DNA of 46,232 nucleotides from Bacilli bacterium. Lineage in GTDB: Bacteria > Bacillota_I > Bacilli_A > RF39 > UBA660. Positions within the stretch are counted from its first letter, which is position 1. Each line of letters opens with the position of its first letter. Of the stretch, positions 18,689-27,679 are shown one piece after another. The notes below the pieces were generated by a model. It saw only the letters and a program-made list of their open reading frames with translations. It had not been told where the DNA came from and made no database searches. Made by a program: the position numbers and the translations under genes. The DNA is taken from the NCBI GenBank assembly GCA_045535005.1, contig JAZSKU010000043.1:1-46232 (forward strand), in the 5' to 3' direction.

Positions 18689-19246
18689 ATGGAAATTAAA
18701 TTTAGAGATCCTAAGATATATATTATCGGTGGAAAAGCTAAGCATGGAAAAGATACTTTTTCAGGTTTTCTAAAAGAAGTATATGAGGAAAAGGGTAAAG
18801 ATGTAATTGTTACTCAGCTTTCTAAGTATATTAAGTATTATGCTAGAGAGATGACCGGTTGGGATTTAAGTGAAGAAACTAAACCACGAGAATTCTTACA
18901 ACAGTTAGGAACTAGTGTTATTAGACAACAATTAAAGAAAGATGATTTATTTATAAAAAGAATGATAGATGATATAGAAGTATTCTCTTATTTCTATGAT
19001 GCTATTATTATAAGTGATGTTAGACTTAAAAAAGAAATTAATGATTTAAAAAGTGCATATCCAAATCTAAAAGTTATTCGTGTTAATAGACCTGATTTTG
19101 ACAATGGTCTTACAGAAGAACAAAAGAATCATATAACAGAAATAGATTTAGATGATTTTGATGGATTTGATGATGAAATAATTAATACAACTTTTGATGA
19201 ATTAAAAGAAAGCGCATTAAATTTATACACAAAGAATGAAAGGTAG
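18689..19246 (+). CDS. P-loop nucleotide monophosphate kinase (dNMP kinase / phosphomevalonate kinase-like)
   Basis: IIGGKAKHGKDT, R..LQQLGT..IR, IIISDVR, H.TE..LD. Confidence 0.7.
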   Translation: MEIKFRDPKIYIIGGKAKHGKDTFSGFLKEVYEEKGKDVIVTQLSKYIKYYAREMTGWDLSEETKPREFLQQLGTSVIRQQLKKDDLFIKRMIDDIEVFSYFYDAIIISDVRLKKEINDLKSAYPNLKVIRVNRPDFDNGLTEEQKNHITEIDLDDFDGFDDEIINTTFDELKESALNLYTKNER

Positions 19247-19255
19247 GTATAAAAA

Positions 19256-20404
19256 GTGGAAAGTATTAAGAAAGCAAATGTATTTGAAAAGGTTGTTTTA
19301 GTAAGAGTTGATTATAATGTACCAATAGAAAAAGGTAAAATTGTAGATGATACGAGAATCGTGGGTAGTTTAAAAACTATTAATCATTTACTAGATCATA
19401 ACGCTAAAATAGTTTTATTATCTCATTTAGGAAGAGTTAATTGTGAAGAAGATAAGAAAAAGAATTCTCTTGAAATAGTTGCTAAACACTTATCCACATT
19501 ACTTCCTACTGGTGTTTATTTTGTACCTGTAACTCGTGGTCCTATTTTAGAAAAGACTATTCAAAGTATGTTACCAGGTGAAATAGTATTAGTTGAAAAT
19601 ACAAGATTTGAGGATTATCCTAAAACTTTAGAAAGTTCTTGTGATGAAGCATTATCTAAATATTGGGCTGGTCTTGCTGATATATTTGTTTTAGATGCAT
19701 TTGGTACTGCTCATAGATGTCATGCTTCTACATATGGAATTAGTAAATATATTCCATCATATTCAGGATTCTTAGTTGATGCTGAAATTGCTATGTTAGA
19801 TAAAGCTCTTCATCATAGAAAATCTATGATTCTTGGTGGATCTAAAGTAGATGATAAAATCGGTGTTATTGATAACTTAATCAATACATCTGATGAAATA
19901 TTACTTGGTGGAGCTATGTGTTTCACATTCTTACATGCTCTTGGTTACAATGTAGGTAAAAGTATTGTAAGTGAAGAAAAAGTTAATTATGCTAAAAAGT
20001 TATTAGAAGATCATAAAAATAAAATATTCTTACCTGTTGATGTTAAGACACAAAACGGTGTTAAGAAGGTAGAAGATATGTCTGATGATGATATCGGATA
20101 TGATATTGGTCCTCAAACAATTAAAAAATATAAAGAATTATTAATTGATAGTAAATTAGTTTTATGGAATGGACCTTTAGGTATGTATGAAGATGAAGAA
20201 TATCAAAAAGGTACATATGAAATTATGAAGTATTTATATAATCAATCAGTACCAACTATATTAGCTGGTGGGGATATTACAGGTGCTTCTAAGAAATTTA
20301 AATTAGATTTATATTATGTTTCTACTGGAGGAGGTTCTACATTAGAATATTTAGAAGGTAGAAGATTTAAGACTTTAGAAAGACTTAATGGTGAAAAGAA
20401 ATAG
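19256..20404 (+). CDS. pgk: Phosphoglycerate kinase
   Basis: GTG start; VRVDYNVP, SHLGR, ENTRF, DAFGTAHR.HAS, WNGPLG, STGGG. Confidence 0.96.
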   Translation: MESIKKANVFEKVVLVRVDYNVPIEKGKIVDDTRIVGSLKTINHLLDHNAKIVLLSHLGRVNCEEDKKKNSLEIVAKHLSTLLPTGVYFVPVTRGPILEKTIQSMLPGEIVLVENTRFEDYPKTLESSCDEALSKYWAGLADIFVLDAFGTAHRCHASTYGISKYIPSYSGFLVDAEIAMLDKALHHRKSMILGGSKVDDKIGVIDNLINTSDEILLGGAMCFTFLHALGYNVGKSIVSEEKVNYAKKLLEDHKNKIFLPVDVKTQNGVKKVEDMSDDDIGYDIGPQTIKKYKELLIDSKLVLWNGPLGMYEDEEYQKGTYEIMKYLYNQSVPTILAGGDITGASKKFKLDLYYVSTGGGSTLEYLEGRRFKTLERLNGEKK

Positions 20405-20420
20405 TATTTAAGGAGGATAT

Positions 20421-21128
20421 ATGAAAAAGATAATACTTAATCAAAAAAGTTATCTATTATATGATGATATGGTTAAATTTAAAAAAGAATTTGATAAATT
20501 TAATGTACCTAATCATGAATTAATTATATTTCCTCCATTATTATATCTTTCTATGTTTAAGGATTCTCAATATAAAGTAGGTGTTCAAAACTTTCATAGT
20601 TATAAGATGGGATCATTTACTGGAGAATTAAATTTAGAATCTTTAAGAGATATAGGTATTAAATATACTTTAGTAGGTCATTATGAAAGAAGACAATATG
20701 TTAGTGAGACATATGAAGTATCTAAAGAAAAATTATTTAAATCTATTAGTTCTAAAAATAATACTATATTATGTGTAGGTGAACATAGAAAGACTAGAAA
20801 TCCATTTGCTTATATAAAGAAAGAATTAAACTTTTATTTAAAAGCAATAGATTTTACTAGTATAAAATATTTATCTATCTTATATGAACCAAATTGGGCT
20901 GTTGGAAGTGGTAAAATTCAATGTGCTGATAAAATAGAAAAGACTATTAAGAAAATTAAAGATTATGTTTTAAAGAAATATGATTATAAAGTTGAAGTAT
21001 ATTATGGTGGTTCTATAGATAAAGAAAATATTGAAAAAATATTAGAGATATCTGATGGTATAGTACTTGGAAAAGTAAGTACTGATATGACTGAACTTAA
21101 AGATATGTTAAGTGTGTTAAAGAAATAA
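20421..21128 (+). CDS. tpiA: Triosephosphate isomerase (divergent)
   Basis: NQK, GSFTGE, GHYERR, CVGE, YEPNWAVG, YGGS; follows pgk. Confidence 0.88.
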   Translation: MKKIILNQKSYLLYDDMVKFKKEFDKFNVPNHELIIFPPLLYLSMFKDSQYKVGVQNFHSYKMGSFTGELNLESLRDIGIKYTLVGHYERRQYVSETYEVSKEKLFKSISSKNNTILCVGEHRKTRNPFAYIKKELNFYLKAIDFTSIKYLSILYEPNWAVGSGKIQCADKIEKTIKKIKDYVLKKYDYKVEVYYGGSIDKENIEKILEISDGIVLGKVSTDMTELKDMLSVLKK

Positions 21129-21149
21129 TTGCTATGCAATTGTTTTTTT
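21124..21149 (+). terminator. Intrinsic terminator after tpiA
   Basis: AATAATTGC-TAT-GCAATTGTT plus T run. Confidence 0.65.
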
Positions 21150-21168
21150 ATGCAATAAAATGATACTT

Positions 21169-21185
21169 TTAGACAATTTTCGACA
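21169..21185 (-). promoter_or_regulatory. Tandem Spo0A boxes (0A boxes) upstream of spo0A
   Basis: TTCGACA 21179-21185 (= TGTCGAA, perfect) and TTAGACA 21169-21175 (1 mismatch), 10 bp apart. Confidence 0.7.
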
Positions 21186-21234
21186 CAAATTATTATATAT
21201 AATGTAATATATTATTTATGATAAAGGAGAAAAT

Positions 21235-21990
21235 ATGAAAATTAATGTCTTAGTAGTAGATGATAATGAAGTACTAGTAGGATTAATTAAGGAGTATTTT
21301 TGTAAGAGTGAAATAGTTAATATTATTGATACAGCAAATGATGGATTTGATGCGATTAATAAATTAAATAAATATGATAATGTTGATGTTGTTTTACTCG
21401 ATTTGGTCATGCCTAATAAGGATGGTTTTGGTGTATTAAAGTATATGAAAGAGAATAATATTAATACTAATGTTATTGTTATGACTTCATATACGAGTGA
21501 AGTTGTTATGAAAAGTATTAGTTCTTATGGTGTATCTTTTTATGCATTAAAACCATTTGATATGGAAGATATTGAAGATAAGATTAATGATATATTTGTT
21601 AATAAAGATAAGAATAATAAGATATTTGATTTTAGTAATTATAATTTACAACAAAAGATAACAAGTTTATTACATAATTTGGGTATTCCATCTAATATTA
21701 AGGGATATCAGTTTATTAGAACAGCAATACTTATGGTATATGATAATCCTAATTTAATAGGTGGTATTACTAAAGAATTGTATCCAAATATATCTATTGA
21801 ATATAATACATCTGTGCAAAGGGTAGAACGTGCTATAAGACACGCTATTGAAGTATCTTGGTTAAGAGGAGATATTGATCTTATGGAAGAGATATTTGGT
21901 CATAGTGTATCTATTGATAAAGCTAAACCAACCAATAGTGAGTTTATTGTTACTATTGCTGATAAGTTAAGACTTGAGAGTGCAATATAA
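21235..21990 (+). CDS. spo0A: Sporulation master regulator Spo0A
   Basis: Receiver domain (VVDDN, LLDLVMP, KPFD) plus Spo0A C-domain LGIP..IKGY.FIR.AI, ITKELYP, RVERAIRHAIEV.W.RG, KPTNSEFI..IADKLRL. Confidence 0.96.
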   Translation: MKINVLVVDDNEVLVGLIKEYFCKSEIVNIIDTANDGFDAINKLNKYDNVDVVLLDLVMPNKDGFGVLKYMKENNINTNVIVMTSYTSEVVMKSISSYGVSFYALKPFDMEDIEDKINDIFVNKDKNNKIFDFSNYNLQQKITSLLHNLGIPSNIKGYQFIRTAILMVYDNPNLIGGITKELYPNISIEYNTSVQRVERAIRHAIEVSWLRGDIDLMEEIFGHSVSIDKAKPTNSEFIVTIADKLRLESAI

Positions 21991-22008
21991 GTGCTTTCAA
22001 GTTTTTTT
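21972..22008 (+). terminator. Intrinsic terminator after spo0A
   Basis: ACTTGAGAGTGC-N7-GTGCTTTCAAGT (with G-U pairs) plus T run. Confidence 0.7.
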
Positions 22009-22059
22009 CTTTTATATTTTTATATAATATGTTAGAATGTTTATAGGTGAAAAAAGTCT

Positions 22060-23559
22060 ATGAAAAAGATTATTTTATTAATATTAGATGGTTTTGGTAT
22101 TAGACAAAGTGATAATGGTAATGCTATTAAGATGTCTAATTTACCAAATTTAAATAGGATTTTAACTGATTATTCTGTTAGTGAATTAGATGCTAGTGGA
22201 GAAGTTGTTGGTTTACCTAAAGGTCAAATGGGAGGCTCTGAAGTAGGACATATGACTATAGGATGTGGTAGAACTATTAAACAACCTTTAACTATTATTA
22301 ATGAAAAGATTAAAGATAAAAGTTTTTTTGAAAATGATGAGTTACTTGATTTAATGGATCATGTTAATGAGAATAATTCTACTCTTCATTTAATTGGATT
22401 ATTAAGTGATGGTGGAGTTCATTCTAGTACTGATCATTTTTATGCTGCTTTAGCTCTTGCTAAGATTAGAAAAGTTAAGAGTGTAGTATTCCATTTTATT
22501 ACTGATGGTAGAGATACTACTCCAACAAGTGGTCTTGATCATATTAATAAGTTTATGGAAAAGGCTAGTAAATTTGGTTTAGGTACTATTGGTACTATTA
22601 TTGGTAGATATTATGCTATGGATAGTGATAATAATTATGATAGGATTAAGAAAGCTTATGACGCTTTAGTGCATAATGTTGGTAATACTTTTAGTGATTA
22701 TACTAGATGTATGGATTTACATTATAAGAATGATATTACTGATGAATTTATTAATCCTAGTATTATTACTAAGAATAGTATTATTAATGATAATGATGGT
22801 GTTTTAATAGTTAATTTTAGACCGGAAAGAATGAAGGGTCTTATTAGTTCTTTAACTGATGAATCTTTTAATATGTTTAATACTAAGAAACTTAAGAATG
22901 TTAAATATACATCATTATATAGCTTAAATGAGGATGTTGTAGGGGCATATACTAACGAAGTGTTATCTAATACATTTGGTAAGTATCTTGCTGATTTAGA
23001 CTTTAAACAAGCTAGAATAGCAGAAACAGAGAAGTATCAACATGTAACATTCTTCTTTGATGGATGTGAAGAGTTTAGTGATAAGAATTTATATAAAATG
23101 TTAGTTCCTTCACCAAAGGTACCTAGACATGATATGAAGCCAGAAATGAGTGTTGCTGAAGTTACTCAATCTTTATTAAATACTATGGATGATGATTTTG
23201 ATTTCATATTAGTTAATTTTGCTAATCCTGATATGGTTGCTCATACTGGTAATATACCTGCTACTGTAAGAGCATTAGAAGCTTGTGATGTATGTATTGG
23301 TAAAATACTTGAAAAAGCACAAGAGAATTTCTATGAATTAGTTATTACTTCTGATCATGGTAATTGTGAATTTATGAAAGATACAGAAGGTAATGTTATG
23401 ACAAGTCATACTACTAATAAAGTTCCTTTTGTAATATGTAGTGATGAATATAAATTAAAGAAAGACGGTTCTTTAAAAGATGTTATTCCAACTGTTATAG
23501 ATATGTTTGGTATTAGTAAACCTAAAGAAATGGACGGAGAAAGTTTAATAGAAAAATAA
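22060..23559 (+). CDS. gpmI: 2,3-BPG-independent phosphoglycerate mutase
   Basis: ILDGFG, VGLP.GQMG.SEVGH, SDGGVHS, DGRD, ETEKY.HVTFF, NFANPDMV.H, DHGN. Confidence 0.95.
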   Translation: MKKIILLILDGFGIRQSDNGNAIKMSNLPNLNRILTDYSVSELDASGEVVGLPKGQMGGSEVGHMTIGCGRTIKQPLTIINEKIKDKSFFENDELLDLMDHVNENNSTLHLIGLLSDGGVHSSTDHFYAALALAKIRKVKSVVFHFITDGRDTTPTSGLDHINKFMEKASKFGLGTIGTIIGRYYAMDSDNNYDRIKKAYDALVHNVGNTFSDYTRCMDLHYKNDITDEFINPSIITKNSIINDNDGVLIVNFRPERMKGLISSLTDESFNMFNTKKLKNVKYTSLYSLNEDVVGAYTNEVLSNTFGKYLADLDFKQARIAETEKYQHVTFFFDGCEEFSDKNLYKMLVPSPKVPRHDMKPEMSVAEVTQSLLNTMDDDFDFILVNFANPDMVAHTGNIPATVRALEACDVCIGKILEKAQENFYELVITSDHGNCEFMKDTEGNVMTSHTTNKVPFVICSDEYKLKKDGSLKDVIPTVIDMFGISKPKEMDGESLIEK

Positions 23560-24353
23560 TGGAAAGATTAGATGTATATTTAGTTAATAATTATTATTTT
23601 AAAAGTAGAAGTAAAAGCCAAGAGGAAATTAAGAATGGTAATGTATTAGTTAATGGCAAAGTAATTAATAAACCATCATATTTAGTAAGTGACAATGACA
23701 CTATTGATATAAGTGATGGTGTATTAAAATACGTATCTCGTGGTGGATTAAAGTTAGAGAAAGCTATTAATGAATTTAATATTAATTTAAATAATAAAAT
23801 TCTTGTTGATATTGGGTCATCTACTGGTGGATTTACTGATTGTGCATTAATGAACGGAGTATCCAAAGTATATTGTGTTGATGTTGGTACTGATCAATTA
23901 GATTCTAAATTAAGAAATGATTCTAGAGTAGTTGTATATGAAAATACTGATTTTAGAAATATTGATTCTAATATTATAGATGATGCTAATATAGTTAGTA
24001 TTGATGTATCATTTATATCTGTTACTAAGTTAATTGATAGTATTAGTAAACTTAATAATGTTAATGAAATAATATGTCTTGTTAAACCTCAATTTGAATG
24101 TGGAAAAGAGATTGCTGATAAATATAAAGGTATTCCATTAAATAAAGATGTTCATAAAGAAGTTATTAGAAATTTAATTATTTCTTTTAAGGATTATGGT
24201 TATTACACTTGTGGTCTTACTGTTTCTCCTATAAAGGGTGGAAATGGTAATATTGAATATTTATTATATTTAAAGAATGAAATAGGGCATAATATTATTA
24301 AAGTTGACGATGTGGTTTACACAGCTTTTAAAAATAATTTAAAGAAAATTTAA
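23559..24353 (+). CDS. tlyA: TlyA family rRNA 2'-O-methyltransferase
   Basis: S4 domain RLD..L, YVSRGGLKL, DIGSSTGGFTD, DVSFIS, LVKPQFE, SPIKG..GNIEYL. Confidence 0.95.
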   Translation: MERLDVYLVNNYYFKSRSKSQEEIKNGNVLVNGKVINKPSYLVSDNDTIDISDGVLKYVSRGGLKLEKAINEFNINLNNKILVDIGSSTGGFTDCALMNGVSKVYCVDVGTDQLDSKLRNDSRVVVYENTDFRNIDSNIIDDANIVSIDVSFISVTKLIDSISKLNNVNEIICLVKPQFECGKEIADKYKGIPLNKDVHKEVIRNLIISFKDYGYYTCGLTVSPIKGGNGNIEYLLYLKNEIGHNIIKVDDVVYTAFKNNLKKI

Positions 24354-24371
24354 AAAATTGAGCGAAAATGC

Positions 24372-24400
24372 TTGATTTTTTTTAGTTTTCGGCCTATAAT
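24372..24400 (+). promoter_or_regulatory. S10 operon sigma-A promoter
   Basis: TTGATT(24372-24377)-17 bp-TATAAT(24395-24400). Confidence 0.8.
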
Positions 24401-24409
24401 TAATTGTAA

Positions 24410-24532
24410 ACGACTGGCAATGATGTGCGAGGTTGCTGATACACCAGGTTAGGTTGAATTAATAATCTAATTAAATATCAGGGAATTCGTGCTGAGCAAG
24501 TCTATAGAAAAATATATAGGCGAAGGAGGAAA
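24410..24532 (+). ncRNA. S10 operon structured 5' leader
   Basis: GGCAATGATG..GAGGTTGCTGA.ACACC...GTCTAT...ATAGGCGAAGGAGG resembles the conserved Firmicute rpsJ leader (from memory); terminal hairpin abuts the SD. Confidence 0.7.
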
Positions 24533-24537
24533 TTAAT

Positions 24538-24846
24538 ATGTCTAAAGACAAAGTAAGAATCAGACTTAAATCATTTGATCACAGAAGTGTGGATCAAGCT
24601 GCTGCAAAAATTGTTGAGACTGTTAAGAGAACTGGTGGAGTTATTAGTGGACCTGTGCCACTACCAACTGAGATCGAAAAGATCACAATATTAAGAGCTG
24701 TTCACAAATATAAAGATTCTCGTGAACAATTTGAAATTAGAACTCATAAGAGACTAATTGACATCGATAGTCCAAGCAAGGAAACAATTGATGCTCTTGC
24801 TCACTTAGATTTACCAAGTGGTGTGAATATCGAAATTAAAAAATAA
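24538..24846 (+). CDS. rpsJ: 30S ribosomal protein S10
   Basis: [30 protein letters not shown]. Confidence 0.98.
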   Translation: MSKDKVRIRLKSFDHRSVDQAAAKIVETVKRTGGVISGPVPLPTEIEKITILRAVHKYKDSREQFEIRTHKRLIDIDSPSKETIDALAHLDLPSGVNIEIKK

Positions 24847-24861
24847 TTTATGGAGGGAAAT

Positions 24862-25647
24862 ATGAAAGGAATCTTAGGACGTAAAGTTGGAATGACTGAA
24901 GTATTCACAACTGACGGAAAAAGAATACCTGTTACTGCTATTGAAGTTCAACCAAACGTTGTAACTCAAATTAAGACAGTTGAAAAAGACGGGTATGAAG
25001 CTATCCAATTAGGTGCATTTGATAAAAAAGAAAAGAATGCTACTAAACCAGAAGTTGGACATGCTAAAAAAGCAAATGCTACACCTAAGCGCTTCTTAAA
25101 AGAAATAAGAGGAATTGATACTAGTAGTTATACATTAGGTCAAGTTATTAGCGCTGATGTGTTTGCTAGTGGAGATGTTGTTGATGTAACTGGTACATCA
25201 AAAGGGAAAGGTTTCCAAGGTGTTATTAAAAGATGGAATCAATCTCGTGGACCTGAAACTCACGGTTCTACATATCATAGACGCGCTGGTTCTATGGGTA
25301 CAATGAGACCAATGAGAGTTTTAAAAGGTAAAAAATTACCAGGACATATGGGTAATGAACAAATTACTATTCAAAATTTAACTATTGTTGATGTAGATGT
25401 TGAAAATAGTTACATTTTAGTAAGTGGAAATGTTCCAGGACCTAAAAAATCATTTGTATTCATCAAAGACGCTGTTAAAGGTGCTAAAAATGATGGAGCA
25501 ATTGAATTAATTTCTTATGAAGAAGTAGTTGAAGAAAGTGTAAACGAAGAAGTAATCGCTGATGAAGTCGTTGAAAATGTAGCTGATGAAAATGTAGTTG
25601 AAACTGAAGAAACTGCTGCTGAAGACAAGAAGGAGGTTAGTGAATAA
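24862..25647 (+). CDS. rplC: 50S ribosomal protein L3 with acidic C-terminal extension
   Basis: [31 protein letters not shown]; ATG 24862 follows GGAGGG SD. Confidence 0.97.
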   Translation: MKGILGRKVGMTEVFTTDGKRIPVTAIEVQPNVVTQIKTVEKDGYEAIQLGAFDKKEKNATKPEVGHAKKANATPKRFLKEIRGIDTSSYTLGQVISADVFASGDVVDVTGTSKGKGFQGVIKRWNQSRGPETHGSTYHRRAGSMGTMRPMRVLKGKKLPGHMGNEQITIQNLTIVDVDVENSYILVSGNVPGPKKSFVFIKDAVKGAKNDGAIELISYEEVVEESVNEEVIADEVVENVADENVVETEETAAEDKKEVSE

Positions 25648-26270
25648 TGGCTAAGACTCAAGTTTTAAACCTTAAGGGTGAAAAAGTTAAAGATATTACT
25701 CTTAAAGATAGTGTATGGAACATTGATGTAAATGAAAGCGTTATGCATGATGCTATTGTTCTAGCTCAAGCTTCTTTAAGACAAGGAACTGCTTCTACAA
25801 AAACTAGAAGTGAAGTATCTGGTGGTGGACGTAAACCATACAGACAAAAAGGTACAGGTAATGCAAGACAAGGATCTACTAGAAGTCCTCAATGGCCAGG
25901 TGGTGGAATTGTATTCGGACCTAAACCAAGAAAATATGATAAAAAACAAAATAGAAAAGAAAGAAGATTAGCAATTAAGAGTGCTTTAGCTTCTAAATAT
26001 AAAGAAAATGAATTAGTAATTGTTGAAAATTTAACTTTCGATAATGCTAAAACTAAAGACTTTAATGCTGCTATGAAAGCTTTAAATGTTACTGGAAAAG
26101 CATTAGTAGTATTTACTGATGAAAATGAAAACTTATATTTAGCTGCTAGAAACAACAATAAAGTTGCTGTTAGAGAAGTTAGCGAAATTAATGTTTTAGA
26201 TTTAGTTGCTACTGATTACTTAGTAATTGATGAATCTTCTGTTAAGAAAATAGAGGAGGTGCTTAACTAA
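25647..26270 (+). CDS. rplD: 50S ribosomal protein L4
   Basis: RSEVSGGGRKPYRQKGTGNARQG. Confidence 0.98.
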   Translation: MAKTQVLNLKGEKVKDITLKDSVWNIDVNESVMHDAIVLAQASLRQGTASTKTRSEVSGGGRKPYRQKGTGNARQGSTRSPQWPGGGIVFGPKPRKYDKKQNRKERRLAIKSALASKYKENELVIVENLTFDNAKTKDFNAAMKALNVTGKALVVFTDENENLYLAARNNNKVAVREVSEINVLDLVATDYLVIDESSVKKIEEVLN

Positions 26271-26533
26271 TGAATATAATTTTAGCACCAGTTATTACTG
26301 AAAAAAGTGAAAGTTTAAAAGAAAATAATGTATATGTATTTAAAGTATCACCAAAAGCTAACAAAACTCAAATTAAGAATGAAGTTGAAAAACTATTCGG
26401 AGTTAAAGTAGTTAATGTTAATACAGTAAATGCAGTACAAAAGAAAAGAAGAGTAGGAAGATATACAGGATTAAGTACTGCTTATAAAAAAGCTTATGTT
26501 AAACTTGCTGAAGGCTCTTCTATAGAATACTAG
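26270..26533 (+). CDS. rplW: 50S ribosomal protein L23
   Basis: PVITEKS, ANKTQIK, KKAYVKL; operon position. Confidence 0.97.
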   Translation: MNIILAPVITEKSESLKENNVYVFKVSPKANKTQIKNEVEKLFGVKVVNVNTVNAVQKKRRVGRYTGLSTAYKKAYVKLAEGSSIEY

Positions 26534-26543
26534 GAGGGAAAAT

Positions 26544-27374
26544 ATGCCAATTAAGAATTACAAGCCTAATACTCCTGGAACAAGAGGAATGAGTACATTA
26601 ATTAATGATGAAATTACAACTCGTACTCCTGAAAAAAGTCTTCTTGTTAAAAAAAGTAAGACAGGCGGAAGAAATAATCAAGGTAAAATAACTGTTCGTC
26701 ATATTGGTGGTGGAGTTAGACGTAAATACCGTTTAATTGATTTCAAAAGAAATAAAGATGGTATTGAAGGTGTTGTTGCTACTATCGAATATGATCCAAA
26801 CAGAAGTGCAAACATCGCATTAATTAATTATGCTGATGGAGAAAAAAGATATATTATTGCTCCACAAGGTTTAAAAGTTGGAGATAGAATTGAAAGTGGT
26901 GTAAATGCTGACATTAAAGTTGGTAATGCATTACCACTTGAAAATATTCCAGTTGGTACTATGGTACACAATGTTGAATTAAATCCAGGTGCTGGAGCTA
27001 AATTTGCTCGTAGTGCTGGATCTAGTGTTCAAATCTTAGGTAAAGAAGATAAATATGTTATCTTAAGACTTAAGAGTGGTGAAACTAGAAAAGTTTTAAA
27101 AACATGTCGTGCTACAGTTGGTGAAGTTGGAAATGCTGACTACGAATTAGTTAATTTAGGAAAAGCTGGAAGAAAAAGACATATGGGAATTAGACCTACA
27201 GTACGTGGATCTGTTATGAACCCTAATGATCACCCACACGGTGGTGGTGAAGGTAGAACTCCAGTAGGACGTGCTCAACCAATGACTCCTTGGGGTAAAC
27301 CAGCTCTAGGACTTAAGACTAGAAAAACTAAAAAAGCATCTGAGAAATTAATAATGTCTCGTCGTAAGAAATAA
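26544..27374 (+). CDS. rplB: 50S ribosomal protein L2
   Basis: [31 protein letters not shown]. Confidence 0.98.
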   Translation: MPIKNYKPNTPGTRGMSTLINDEITTRTPEKSLLVKKSKTGGRNNQGKITVRHIGGGVRRKYRLIDFKRNKDGIEGVVATIEYDPNRSANIALINYADGEKRYIIAPQGLKVGDRIESGVNADIKVGNALPLENIPVGTMVHNVELNPGAGAKFARSAGSSVQILGKEDKYVILRLKSGETRKVLKTCRATVGEVGNADYELVNLGKAGRKRHMGIRPTVRGSVMNPNDHPHGGGEGRTPVGRAQPMTPWGKPALGLKTRKTKKASEKLIMSRRKK

Positions 27375-27395
27375 TTAAGAAAGGAACCGTAACAA

Positions 27396-27668
27396 ATGTC
27401 AAGAAGTTTAAAGAAAGGACCTTATACATTCCCAAGACTTTTAAAAAGAGTTAAGGATTTAAATGAAAAAGGTAAAAAAGAAGTAATAAAAACTTGGTCA
27501 AGACGTTCTACAATATATCCAGACTTTGTAGGACATACATTTGCAGTACATAATGGACGTGAATTTATTCCTGTATATGTTACTGAAGATATGGTAGGAC
27601 ATAAACTTGGAGAATTTGCTTTAACTCGTAAGTTTACTGGCCATGCTGGAAGCGGTAATAAGAAGTAG
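27396..27668 (+). CDS. rpsS: 30S ribosomal protein S19
   Basis: [26 protein letters not shown]. Confidence 0.98.
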   Translation: MSRSLKKGPYTFPRLLKRVKDLNEKGKKEVIKTWSRRSTIYPDFVGHTFAVHNGREFIPVYVTEDMVGHKLGEFALTRKFTGHAGSGNKK

Positions 27669-27679
27669 GAGGTATTTGA

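Noticed and set aside
11874-19255. CotH/VTC locus as a recently acquired mobile island
   Set aside because: No integrase, transposase or flanking repeats seen; base composition and codon style look like the neighbouring core genes by eye
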